NCBI GenBank assembly: GCA_950097015.1
Contig: CATNEN010000003.1
Location: forward strand, 3,906,001 to 3,970,000
DNA length: 64,000 nucleotides
Origin: Macrostomum hystrix
Lineage: Eukaryota > Animalia > Platyhelminthes
Direction: 5' to 3'
Below the pieces are notes generated by a model. It was given only the letters and a program-made list of their open reading frames with translations. It did not search any database and was not told the DNA's origin. Shown here piece after piece: positions 36,301 to 47,347 of this stretch; the stretch's first letter is position 1, and the number at the start of each line of letters is the position of its first letter. A program made the translations under genes and the position numbers.

Positions 36301-38147
36301 GCTGTTGCTGCGCAGCTGACAGAAAGTGGCCCTGGCCTAGTTGACCTCGGCTATTATCGCCAAAAGCAAATAGGCGATGATGCTGAGTTAGCACAAGACT
36401 GTGAGACTGCCCGGCTGCTACCTGAGCTACCCGATGATTAGACAGGTGGCGGACTAGGCGCACACTGCCGAATCCGTTGCCAGAAGCCGACGAATCGGCT
36501 GTTGTAGTTGCTGCTGAATCGTCGCGGCCCAATTGGCCGCACTGGTTGCGACCCCAAGCGTAGGTTTGACCGTCTTCGTCAACGGCTAACGAGTGACTGC
36601 CGCCTGAGGCTATGCAAACAATGCGCTTGCTCTCTAGGGATGTCACCTGTAGGATAAATAGCCAGCTGCGAATAAAGAGCTGCCCTGCTTAGAACAGCGT
36701 ACCACAGTGGACAACTGCACTCTATGGACATAGGCATAGACAAATACCATAGACATAGACAGATACCATAGACATAGACAGATACCATAGACTGAGACAG
36801 ATACCATAGACTGAGACAGATACCATAGACTGAGACAGATACCATAGACTGAGACAGATACCATAGACTGAGACAGATACCATAGACTGAGACAGATACC
36901 ATAGACATAGACAGATACCATAGACTGAGACAGATACCATAGACTGAGACAGATACCATAGACTGAGACAGATACCATAGACTGAGACAGATACCATAGA
37001 CTGAGACAGATACCATAGACTGAGACAGATACCATAGACATAGACAGATACCAAAGACAACGATAGATACCATAGACAGAGAGATACCATAGGCATCGTC
37101 GCGGCCCATGGTATCTCTCTGTCAAATACCATACCACAGTATAGACAAATACCATAGACAGACACCTTCGACATAGAAAGACACAATGGACAGACAGACA
37201 CAATGGACAGTCACTCATCAAATTGCAGACTTGCCTGCGCGAATCGTTGAAGGCAGCCAGCAGCCTCGCCACCGGAGCGTCCCCCGGCCCCGCCGAGCTG
37301 ACCGAAGCAGTCGGATCCGCAGACTCTGACGCAGCCGTCCTGACGAAGCAGCAGAGTGTGCCGGTCGCCGCCGTTGATAGCCCTGACTGTCGAGTCATCG
37401 TCTGGCAGACGCGTCGGCACGGTGACGGATTCGCGATTAACGGCAGAAGAGCCACCCCCAATGCCCAGTTGGCCATCGGAGTTTTCACCCCAAGCGAATA
37501 GGCTGACCTGGAACGATTTTTTTGGGATTTAAAGACATATTTTTTGTTTGAACTGTATTAAAATATAGCGCGAATTTGAAAAACGACGCGTAAGAAGGAA
37601 ACAATGAATAAGTAACGACGGGATAGTAAAAATTATTCTAATTTTATTAAATTAACCTACGTATTTACAAAACAAATAAAGTAATAACGAAAAACAAAAA
37701 ATAGCTTGAGTAGGGGGGAGTGGCAGTGTGGTTAACGCGTTTGCCTCTCTCACCAAGGTCCCGAGCTCGATTCCGCGGCGAGGCCACATTTATTTTGTGC
37801 GCAGCCGCGGAGAGAAGGCTTGTGGGCTTGTCGTGCAATTTACGGACCTTGAGGGCCAAACTCCAACGATGAGAAAGTCAGGGCAGGTGTACACACCTGT
37901 GTGAGTGTGTGCTCAGGAGTCAGCGGAATGGGCAGAATTGCCTCCTCGCTGGCTGCGGGTCTAGTGTCACCAAATGATGTGCCATTGCCCGGAGCTCCTC
38001 AGTAACTAATAATAATAATATTAATAATACAATACATACCGCAGCTAAATGATACTGTCTATGACGCTTTTGGGCACCCTTGCTGGGCTGATGATGAGCA
38101 GCAGCAAAGCCATTGTTGGAATTGTAGATGTAGTTCGACTGCCACAT
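27397..38147 (-). CDS. herc4: Small HERC family (HERC3/4-like) RCC1-repeat + HECT E3 ubiquitin ligase, 8 coding exons, ~1134 aa
   Basis: Exons 38147-38040 (least certain), 37507-37235, 36646-36083, 35759-35319, 34267-33947, 32180-31735, 31131-30918, 28434-27397 join in frame. RCC1 repeats (WGENSDGQLG, WGRNQCGQLG, FGDNSRGQLG), PDDFR, FCDYPFVFD, and a HECT domain with catalytic LPVAHTCYNLLDLP ending EGFALV. Confidence 0.92.
28545..30908. repeat. 32-bp minisatellite TCTGAATGGCCTAGATTTCTATGGATTTGAGT filling HERC intron 7
   Basis: About 74 tandem units. Confidence 0.97.
31205..31690. repeat. 13-bp minisatellite GAAACTGAAGCCC in HERC intron 6
   Basis: Tandem repetition, decaying towards the left. 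Confidence 0.9.
32270..33715. repeat. 25-bp minisatellite ATGACCTATAATTCTTAAGCATCCA in HERC intron 5
   Basis: Tandem repetition with degenerate copies at both flanks. Confidence 0.96.
34395..35230. repeat. 30-bp minisatellite GGATCTATGAACCATTGGGGATAAATTTGA in HERC intron 4
   Basis: Tandem repetition interrupted by a ~70-bp unique insert at 34706-34773. Confidence 0.93.
35780..35958. repeat. 21-bp minisatellite GGCTAGATTAGTCCCGTGAAT in HERC intron 3
   Basis: About 8 tandem units. Confidence 0.92.
36725..37095. repeat. 19-bp minisatellite GAGACAGATACCATAGACT in HERC intron 2
   Basis: Tandem repetition. Confidence 0.93.
37712..38028 (+). mobile_element. tRNA-derived SINE, copy 1
   Basis: Pol III A-box-like TGGCAGTGTGG and B-box-like GAGCTCGATTCC; body shared with four other copies in the window; (TAA)n tail. 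Confidence 0.85.
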
Positions 38148-38464
38148 CTTGGCTAATTTGAGTTGTAATTTAATAACTATATTATTGCTACTTCAAGGAA
38201 GTCACATTTGGCAGCATAAAACATTGAACTTCTTCATTTACAGTGAATTCCTAAATTATCAAGCACAAAATAAAAAATAACAAATGCTAGAGTAACAAAA
38301 CATAGAATGAAGGAAAACCTAAGCATATCATTTCCTTTAGCCCGAGTGCCCAGTTAGTGCCATAGACAGTGAAGTATGAGTCATGGTCGCTTATGGCAGA
38401 TGATGGCTGGTCAACGGTAAGATAGAATAATATAAATAGAATATAGAAAATCAACGATAGAGAA

Positions 38465-39660
38465 TAAAATCCGGCATAGCAACCGACGCTAGGGAGGAGA
38501 ACCTAGCATAGCAACCGACGCTCGGGAAGAAAATTCGGAAGAGCAACCGACGATAGGGAAGGGAATTTGGCATAGCAACCGCCGATAGAGAAGAGAATTG
38601 GCATATCAACCGACGCTAGGGAAGAGAATCTGGCATAGCAACCGCCGATAGAGAAGAGAATTGGCATATCAACCGACGCTAGGGAAGAGAATCTGGCATA
38701 GCAACCGCCGATAGAGAAGAGAATTGGCATATCAACCGACGCTAGAGAAGAGAATTGGCATATCAACCGACGCTAGGGAAGAGAATTGGCATAGCAACCG
38801 CCGATAGAGAAGAGAATTGGCATATCAACCGACGCTAGGGAAGAGAATTGGCATATCAACCGACGCTAGGGAAGAGAATCTGGCATATCAACCGACGCTA
38901 GGGAAGAGAATCTGGCATAGCAACCGCCGATAGAGAAGAGAATTGGCATATCAACCAACGCTATGGAAGACAATTGGCATATCAACCGACGCTAGGGAAG
39001 AGAATTGGCATATCAACCGACGCTAGGGAAGAGAATCTGGCATAGCAACCGACGCTAGGGAAGAGAATTGGCATATCAACCGACGCTAGGGAAGAGAATC
39101 TGGCATATCAACCGACTCTAGGGAAGAGAATCTGGCATAGCAACCGACTCTAGGGAAGAGAATCTGGCATAGCAACCGACTCTAGGGAAGAGAATCTGGC
39201 ATATCAACCGACTCTAGGGAAGAGAATCTGGCATAGCAACCGACTCTAGGGAAGAGAATCTGGCATAGCAACCGACGCTAGGGAAGAGAATCTGGCATAT
39301 CAACCGACTCTAGGGAAGAGAATCTGGCATAGCAACCGACTCTAGGGAAGAGAATCTGGCATAGCAACCGACTCTAGGGAAGAGAATCTGGCATAGCAAC
39401 CGACTCTAGGGAAGAGAATCTGGCATAGCAACCGACTCTAGGGAAGAGAATCTGGCATAGCAACCGACTCTAGGGAAGAGAATCTGGCATAGCAACCGAC
39501 TCTAGGGAAGAGAATCTGGCATAGCAACCGACGCTAGGGAAGAGAATCTGGCATATCAACCGACTCTAGGGAAGAGAATCTGGCATATCAACCGACGCTA
39601 GGGAAGAGAATTGGCATATCAACCGACGCTAGGGAAGAGAATCTGGCATAGCAACCGACG
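38465..39660. repeat. 31-32-bp minisatellite CTAGGGAAGAGAATCTGGCATAGCAACCGACT
   Basis: Tandem repetition. Confidence 0.95.
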
Positions 39661-40029
39661 GTTTAGTTACAATGATACACATAAAGCCAAATTAGAGCAC
39701 TACAATGGTGAAGTTAAAAAGCTAGCAACTAAACTACAAAGACAATGAAGATGACACTCACCCCTGGACAATAGGGCACCAAGCTGGTGCGATAAGCGGC
39801 ATACATAGATGATAGCAGGGCCCCACAGAACAGCTGAAACAGTCACACGTTTGCTTTGTTACAAAACCTTGTGTGCGCTTTACACATAATTAGTTATCGA
39901 TTTGAAACTATGCTTTGAGCTATCGTGACTTCTATTGCTAAATCCTTAAATCCTGTACCTGGTGATTTTTAATGACTCCAACCCGAATATCCTTAATAAT
40001 CTCCAACTGAAAAATTCTAGGGCACTATT

Positions 40030-40530
40030 TTACCTGAACATCTTTATGACCTGATCCTACCTGAACATCTTTATGACCTGATCCTACCTGAACATCTTTA
40101 TGACCTGATCCTACCTGAACATATTTTTATGACCTGATCCTACCTGAACATCTTTATGACCTGATCCTACCTGAACATATTTATGACCTGATCCTACCTG
40201 AACATATTTATGACCTGATCCTACCTGAACATATTTATGACCTGATCCTACCTGAACATCTTTATGACCTGATCCTACCTGAACATATTTATGACCTGAT
40301 CCTACCTGAACATCTTTATGACCTGATCCTAAATGAACATATTTATGACCTGATCCTACCTGAACATCTTTATGACCTGATCCTACCTGAACATATTTAT
40401 GAACTGATCCTACCTGAACATCTTTATGACCTGATCCTACCTGAATCATTTTTATGTCTTGATCACACCTGAACATATTAATGATCTGATCACACCTGAA
40501 GAGTTCTAATGACCTGATTCCACCTATGCA
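40030..40530. repeat. 27-bp minisatellite TACCTGAACATCTTTATGACCTGATCC
   Basis: Tandem repetition. Confidence 0.95.
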
Positions 40531-41004
40531 TCTTTAATGACCGCTTTTAGAATCATGATTATTGACACTAAGGTTTTAAGTTATTAAACTAATAAGTAAG
40601 CATCATTAGTAACGTGAGCGGTTATAGTTAAGCATGGATTATAAAACAGTGAAAACATATAAAACGGTAGTTTGTTCTTTACGTTACTTATTTTTGCTTT
40701 GCGCTCTTATTAAGAACAACGGACGATACTTTTACAACTTTTTAACGAACGTCTAAGTGGCTCAGTTAATATATAAATAAGTAAAATAATATGAAACCAA
40801 AATGTGTATATAAATTTGATACTCAAATAAACAAAATCGACTTCGTTTTTTTGTTTATTTATGTAAGAAACGCACAAGTTGTTCAATTGTTTGTCTGCTT
40901 TCGTGCTGTAGTTTTGTCTCAATGAAAATATTATATACGCAATCAGATGAGTCAAACAATATTGTATCAGAATCTGCTGTGAGTTAGCGAACATGGGAAT
41001 CTGT

Positions 41005-42543
41005 AGGGCTTGGTGGAAGGCGGAAACCAATCTACTGGAGGATTTGGGGGAAGGCGGAAACCAATCTACTGGAGGGTTTGGGGCAAGGCGGAAACCAATC
41101 TACTGGAGGGTTTGGGGCAAGGCGGAAACTAATCTACTGGAGGGTTTGGGGGAAGGCGGAAACCAATCTACTGGAGGGTTTGGGGCAAGGCGGAAACCAA
41201 TCTACTGGAGGGTTTGGGGCAAGGCGGAAACCAATCTACTGGAGGGTTTGGGGCAAGGCGGAAACCAATCTACTGGAGGGTTTGGGGCAAGGCGGAAACC
41301 AATCTACTGGAGGGTTTGGTGGAAGGCGGAAACCAATCTACTGGAGGGCTTGGGGGAAGGCGGAAACCAATCTACTGGAGGGTTTGGGGCAAGGCGGAAA
41401 CTAATCTACTGGAGGGTTTGAGGGAAGGTGGAAGCCAATCTACTGGAGGGCTTGGGGGAAGGCGGAAACCAATCTACTGGAGGGCTTGGTGCAAGGCGGA
41501 AACCAATCTACTGGAGGGTTTGGGGCAAGGCGGAAACCAATCTACTGGAGGGTTTGGGGCAAGGCGGAAACCAATCTACTGGAGGGCTTGGGGCAAGGCG
41601 GAAACCAATCTACTGGAGGGTTTGGGGCAAGGCGGAAACCAATCTACTGGAGGGTTTGGGGCAAGGCGGAAACCAATCTACTGGAGGGTTTGGGGCAAGG
41701 CGGAAACCAATCTACTGGAGGGCTTGGGGCAAGGCGGAAACCAATCTACTGGAGGGTTTGGGGCAAGGCGGAAACCAATCTACTGGAGGGTTTGGGGCAA
41801 GGCGGAAACCAATCTACTGGAGGGTTTGGGGCAAGGCGGAAACCAATCTACTGGAGGGTTTGGGGCAAGGCGGAAACTAATCTACTGGAGGGTTTGGGGG
41901 AAGGCGGAAGCCAATCTACTGGAGGGTTTGGGGCAAGGCGGAAGCCAATCTACTGGAGGGTTTGGGGGAAGGCGGAAACCAATCTACTGGAGGGTTTGGG
42001 GGAAGGCGGAAACCAATCTACTGGAGGGTTTGGGGCAAGGCGGAAGCCAATCTACTGGAGGGTTTGGGGGAAGGCGGAAACCAATCTACTGGAGGGTTTG
42101 GGGCAAGGCGGAAACCAATCTACTGGAGGGTTTGGGGCAAGGCGGAAACCAATCTACTGGAGGGTTTGGGGGAAGGCGGAAGCCAATCTACTGGAGGGTT
42201 TGGTGGAAGGCGGAAACCAATCTACTGGAGGGTTTGGGGCAAGGCGGAAACTAATCTACTGGAGGGTTTGGGGGAAGGCGGAAGCCAATCTACTGGAGGG
42301 CTTGGTGCAAGGCGGAAACCAATCTACTGGAGGGTTTGGGGCAAGGCGGAAACTAATCTACTGGAGGGTTTGGGGGAAGGCGGAAGCCAATCTACTGGAG
42401 GGTTTGGGGCAAGGCGGAAACCAATCTACTGGAGGGTTTGGGGCAAGGCGGAAACCAATCTACTGGAGGGTTTGAGGGAAGGCGGAAGCCAATCTACTGG
42501 AGGGTTTGGGGGAAGGCGGAAACCAATCTACTGGAGGGTTTGG
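41005..42543. repeat. 34-bp G-rich minisatellite GGCGGAAACCAATCTACTGGAGGGTTTGGGGCAA
   Basis: Tandem repetition; all three + frames give the same periodic pseudo-protein. Confidence 0.96.
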
Positions 42544-43409
42544 AACCCATAAATTTATTTTATAAATTACCATCTAAGTGAATTCCAACTAAACAATACA
42601 TGTAAAGATTATTGGTTAAAGCTGTTATTAGGTTAAGTGTCTGATTAAAACAGAAATTAGCAATTCATGTTTAAGGTGTACAATTAGAAAAGAATTACAC
42701 TAAAATTAAGGGGAAAGTTAGAGACAAGAAAAAGCACTGGCGCTCAATAATCGAAGGCCGATTCTATAAAAAATGAGACATAAAAACGAAACAAGATCTG
42801 TAAAATCGACCAACCAACGAGAAGGCTTCGGCGCTAAGAGTACCCTTCGCTACAGAGCTCGCGCTGTCTCTGTGTTTGACACAATGGGCGAGGCTTCAAA
42901 CTTTATAGAGACAATATTTGAGCAATTAGTTTACTTTGGTTTAAGTAAGACAGGTTTGTTATAGAGAGGAATTTAACAAGGTTAATAAATGATAAAATAC
43001 AGAAGCGAATGCATTAGGTTTCAAATAGTGCGTTTGAGACATGAAAAAACGAGTGAAAATATGCGCTTACTACTACTGCTGAGTTAGTAGCAAGTAGCTA
43101 GATGGGCATTTGTGACAAACTTTACAAGTGAGTATTAAAGGAAAATAACAATAACTACAACTAATTGATCCCGGAAAAACGTTTGCTGACTAAGTTTCAA
43201 GTACATTGCACCGTGCTAATAATATTGCAGAAAATTAGTAAGCAAATAAGAAACCATAAAAATAGACAAGAAAGAAAAACAAATGACTACTTCCCAATTT
43301 CAAACCTATGAAAAGTTTCAATTTGAGACTAGATTACGGACTTGCAAATTGAATTGAGTATAGTATTTTATGCAACTATTTTCACTGTTTTGTAATGGGG
43401 GCTAGTAGC

Positions 43410-43720
43410 AAGGTCGATGGCAGAGACGTTAACGCGCTTGCCTCTCGCACCAAGGTCCCTGAGCTCGATTCCGCGGCGAGGCCACATTTATTTGGGGTGC
43501 AGCCGCGGAGAGAAGGCTTGGGGGCTTGTCGTGCAATTTACGCCCTCCAACCTCCAAGGCACAGTGAGAGTGTACACTGCCTGACGATGAGAAAGTCAGG
43601 GCAGATGTACACACCTGTGTGAGCGCGTGAGTGTGTGTGTGCTCAGGAGTCAGCGAAATGGGCAGAACTGCCTCCTCATTGCCCGAACATAGTCCTGCAA
43701 CTATTATTATTATATTATTA
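43410..43720 (+). mobile_element. tRNA-derived SINE, copy 2
   Basis: Aligns with 37712-38028 and 54588-54935 (CCTGAGCTCGATTCCGCGGCGAGGCCACATT...); TTA tail. Confidence 0.85.
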
Positions 43721-43925
43721 AAGGGAACTTTTTTAAAAATAAAACAATACCTCACTCTTATCTTGAATATTTTTGTAAATAATACAATAATTTTTAGCAA
43801 ACAAATAACAGCCCAGTAAAATTGCAAAATCGGCACATGAGAAAATTAGCACAGTTGGCGGCGACATATACTACTCACTGCTTATCGGCAATGATAAGTA
43901 GTATAAGTTGAGTTAGCACCGATTT

Positions 43926-46900
43926 TCACTGCTGTCGATGGTATCGAAAAACAACAACACAGAGCACAACAAGAGCTGATAGGCCCGTGAGGTGGCGCCA
44001 CGTGATATTGACGCTGCTCAGCCTGTCTTCGCCAATTGAGGTGATGTGACGTAGAGAACGCTGAAAAAATCGAAAAAAAACTTCTTATTAGATGACAAGT
44101 GAAATCTACTATTGACAGGCATAGTTGAGGCAGGACTGAGCTTACCCATCCGCCGTGTTCAGCAATCCAGCTAGCAATGCGCTGCCTAACCAAGAACTGA
44201 CAGATCCAGGCCACGATCTGGCGGAGAAAACCAGACACACCGCTGCGAATCTTTTCTACGGCGATTCTGTAGCCGAAGAAGAACAGGGCCACAACGCGGC
44301 CCCAGTTGATGACTTGGTCGCGGAATAGGCGCAGAGCGACACGGCTGAACACCTGGACGGGAGGGTTTGAAGAACAACTCTAAATAGGCGAATCTATAAT
44401 TTATATACTAGATCATCGCGTCTACAGAAATTTAAGTATCTGTGAGACTAACACTCAAATATAAGATTTGGGAGAATGAGAGACAAAATCTGTGGATTTG
44501 GGATTGTGACAGACTTAGTCTGGAGATTTGGGATTGGGACAGACCTAGTCTGGGGATTTGGGATTGTGATAGACCTAGTCTGGGGATTTGGGATTGTGAC
44601 AGACCTAGTCTGGGGATTTGGGATTGGGACAGACCTAGTCTGGGGATTTGGGATTGGGACAGACCTAGTCTGGGGATTTGGGATTGTGACAGACCTAGTC
44701 TGGGAATTTGGGATTGGGACAGACCTAGTCTGGGGATTTGGGATTGTGACAGACCTAGTCTGGGGATTTGGGATTGTGACAGACCTAGTCTGGGGATTTG
44801 GGATTGGGACAGACCTAGTCTGGGGATTTGGGATTGTGACAGACCTAGTCTGGGGATTTGGGATTGTGACAGACCTAGTCTGGGGATTCGGGATTGTGAC
44901 AGACCTAGTCTGGGGATTTGGGATTGTGACAGACCTAGTCTGGGGATTCGGGATTGTGACAGACCCAATCTCAAGATCTGAGAGAGTGACAGACTCAATC
45001 TCAAGATCTGAGAGAGTGACAGACCCAATCTGAAGATCTGAGAGAGTGACAGACCCAATCTGAAGATCTGAGAGAGTGACAGACCCAATCTGAAGATCTG
45101 AGAGAGTGACAGACCCAATCTGAAGATCTGAGAGAGTGACAGACCCAATCTGAAGATCTGAGAGAGTGACAGACCCAATCTGAAGATCTGGGAGAGTGAC
45201 AGACCTAATCTCAAGATCTGAGAGAGTGACAGACCCAATCTCAAGATCTGAGAGAGTGACAGACCCAATCTCAAGATCTGAGAGAGTGACAGACCAAATC
45301 TCAAGATCTGAGAGAGTGACTGATCCAATCTAAGGATCTGGGAGAGTGACAGACCCAATCTAAGGATCTGGGAGAGTGACTGATCCAATCTCAAGATCTG
45401 GGAGAGTGACAGACCCAATCTCAAGATCTGAGAGAGTGACAGACCCAATCTCAAGATCTGAGAGAGTGACAGACCCAATCTCAAGATCTGAGAGAGTGAC
45501 AGACCCAATCTCAAGATCTGAGAGAGTGACAGACCCAATCTCAAGATCTGGGAGAGTGACAGACCAAATCTCAAGATCTGAGAGAGTGACTGATCCAATC
45601 TAAGGATCTGGGAGAGTGACAGACCCAATCTAAGGATCTGGGAGAGTGACAGACCCAATCTAAGGATCTGGGAGAGTGACTGATCCAATCTCAAGATCTG
45701 GGAGAGTGACAGACTTAATCTCAAGATCTGAGAGAGTGACAGACCCAATCTCAAGATCTGAGAGAGTGACAGACCCAATCTCAAGATCTGAGAGAGTGAC
45801 AGACCCAATCTCAAGATCTGAGAGAGTGACAGACCTAATCTCAAGATCTGAGAGAGTGACAGACCCAATCTCAAGATCTGAGAGAGTGACAGACCCAATC
45901 TCAAGATCTAGGAGAGTGACAGACCTAATCTCAAGATCTAGGAGAGTGACAGACCCAATCTCAAGATCTGAGAGAGTGACAGACCCAATATCAAGATCTA
46001 GGAGAGTGACAGACCCAATCTCAAGATCTGAGAGAGTGACAGACCCAATCTCAAGATCTGAGAGAGTGACAGACCCAATCTCAAGATCTGAGAGAGTGAC
46101 AGACCTAATCTCAAGATCTGAGAGAGTGACAGACCCAATCTCAAGATCTGAGAGAGTGACAGACCTAATCTCAAGATCTGAGAGAGTGACAGACCTAATC
46201 TCAGGATCTGGGAGAGTGACAGACCCAATCTCAGGATCTGGGAGAGTGACAGACCCAATCTCAGGATCTGGGAGAGTGACAGACCCAATCAGGCAAGTTT
46301 TAAGGATTAGAAGAGCATTTGCCGAATTCCGATGAAACAAACAATTTTTACCTCAAACGACGTTTCAGAATCTGTTAGTTGATGCTCTAAAGACTTGATC
46401 ATCTCGTTAAACTGATTCTTATAGCGCCTCTGTATGTCGTCCCCAATCTCGGCCAATTGTCGACCAATTCGGGCCTCCTGAGACAACGGCGGCGGTCGCT
46501 CTCGGGCCAGCTCTGGCGAGTCTGGCGTGCCGGGAGCAAGCCGGCCAGTCTCCTTGTCTCTGGCAAATCGTTCGAATACAAACGAACGAAAAATGGCATC
46601 AGCCTGGCTGCTGACATTCTCGACGGTGTCCGGTGGATCCTCGGGTTGGCACAGGAGACGCGGAGTGGACGGCGGATAAAGCCCGGCGCCGACGTCAGCA
46701 GCGGCGCCTGCGGCCGCCGCGCCCCCAACGTCGGTTGATGATGAATCGACAATCGTATTGGATTCGGCCTTTGAAAAAATAAAGAAAATAACTGCGTCTA
46801 TATTTGTTAACTTCTTGTGTGGAGGTCGGGAGTTCGAATCTTCATGAATTCGAATGGTAGAAGTTTAGGCGGGCGTGTTTGTCCTAAGAAACGAAAAGAA

Positions 46901-47347
46901 ACAGCATTACTTTGGCAAAGATTCGAACTCAAGACGTCTCAGCTAAAAGCTCTAACCCAGGGGTCGGCAAACTCCGGCACGCGAAGCTCCCGCATGGAAG
47001 GAATCCTGACTTTTGCCCTTTCGGACACCTATATTATCCGATCTCAACTCTAATGCGTCTCATCATGTGCCTCACCTCACCCCTATCTCATATTTCTACT
47101 GTGAATGCGGCCAATTGTCGTCTTTTAGGTTCTCTCTTTGGCCCGCTAGCTAATTATTTTGCCGACCCCTGCTCTTACCAATCGGCTAAAACTACTCGTA
47201 CAAGCAATAGTTGAAAATCTAAAGAAACTAAAATCTTACCTGAATATCAGTCGGGTCAAAGCTGAACACACCGCCTACATTGGCTCTGTTTCGATTGCTG
47301 TCTGCTGCTTGGTGACCGTCACCTTCGCTGCCATTACCATTATACAT
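43926..47347 (-). CDS. bak: Pro-apoptotic Bcl-2 family effector, Bak-like, 4 coding exons, ~288 aa
   Basis: Exons 47347-47240, 46768-46352, 44352-44146, 44060-43926, all phase 0 and GT-AG. Helix 1 QADAIFRSFVFERF, BH3 IGRQLAEIGDDIQRRY (human Bak: VGRQLAIIGDDINRRY), BH1 INWGRVVALFFFGY, BH2 WIAEHGGW, tail anchor LSALVVLCVVVFRYHRQQ. Exon 2 is not in the ORF track in this frame. Confidence 0.93.
44465..46290. repeat. Bipartite 30-bp minisatellite in Bak intron 2
   Basis: GACAGACCTAGTCTGGGGATTTGGGATTGT up to ~44960, then GACAGACCCAATCTCAAGATCTGAGAGAGT in the same phase. Confidence 0.96.
46958..47171. mobile_element. hAT-superfamily MITE (214 bp) in Bak intron 1
   Basis: TIRs CAGGGGTCGGCAAA / TTTGCCGACCCCTG; 8-bp TSD CTCTAACC / CTCTTACC (7 of 8 match). 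Confidence 0.88.

Noticed and set aside
37500-37515. HERC initiator Met supplied by a flatworm spliced-leader AUG at the 37508 acceptor
   Set aside because: It would be in frame, but an ordinary ATG exon with a phase-0 GT donor (38147-38040) explains the start without it.
37712-37780. tRNA gene
   Set aside because: The A/B boxes run straight into a repeated SINE body, and no complete cloverleaf is evident.
43570-43615. CTGACGA...GAAA...GTC in the SINE as a hammerhead ribozyme
   Set aside because: Only 3 nt separate CUGACGA and GAAA (no stem II), there is no stem III, and the bases fold better as a simple hairpin.
26200-46290. Regular 25-41-bp arrays as CRISPR arrays
   Set aside because: Units are head-to-tail with no unique spacers, there are no cas genes, and the context is eukaryotic.
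40993-46340. Long ORFs (346, 329, 490 aa and others) as repeat proteins
   Set aside because: They are translations of minisatellites, open in several frames or both strands, and some lie inside the Bak intron. The same applies to ORFs at 15973, 31012, 34362, 36579, 58557 and 60556.
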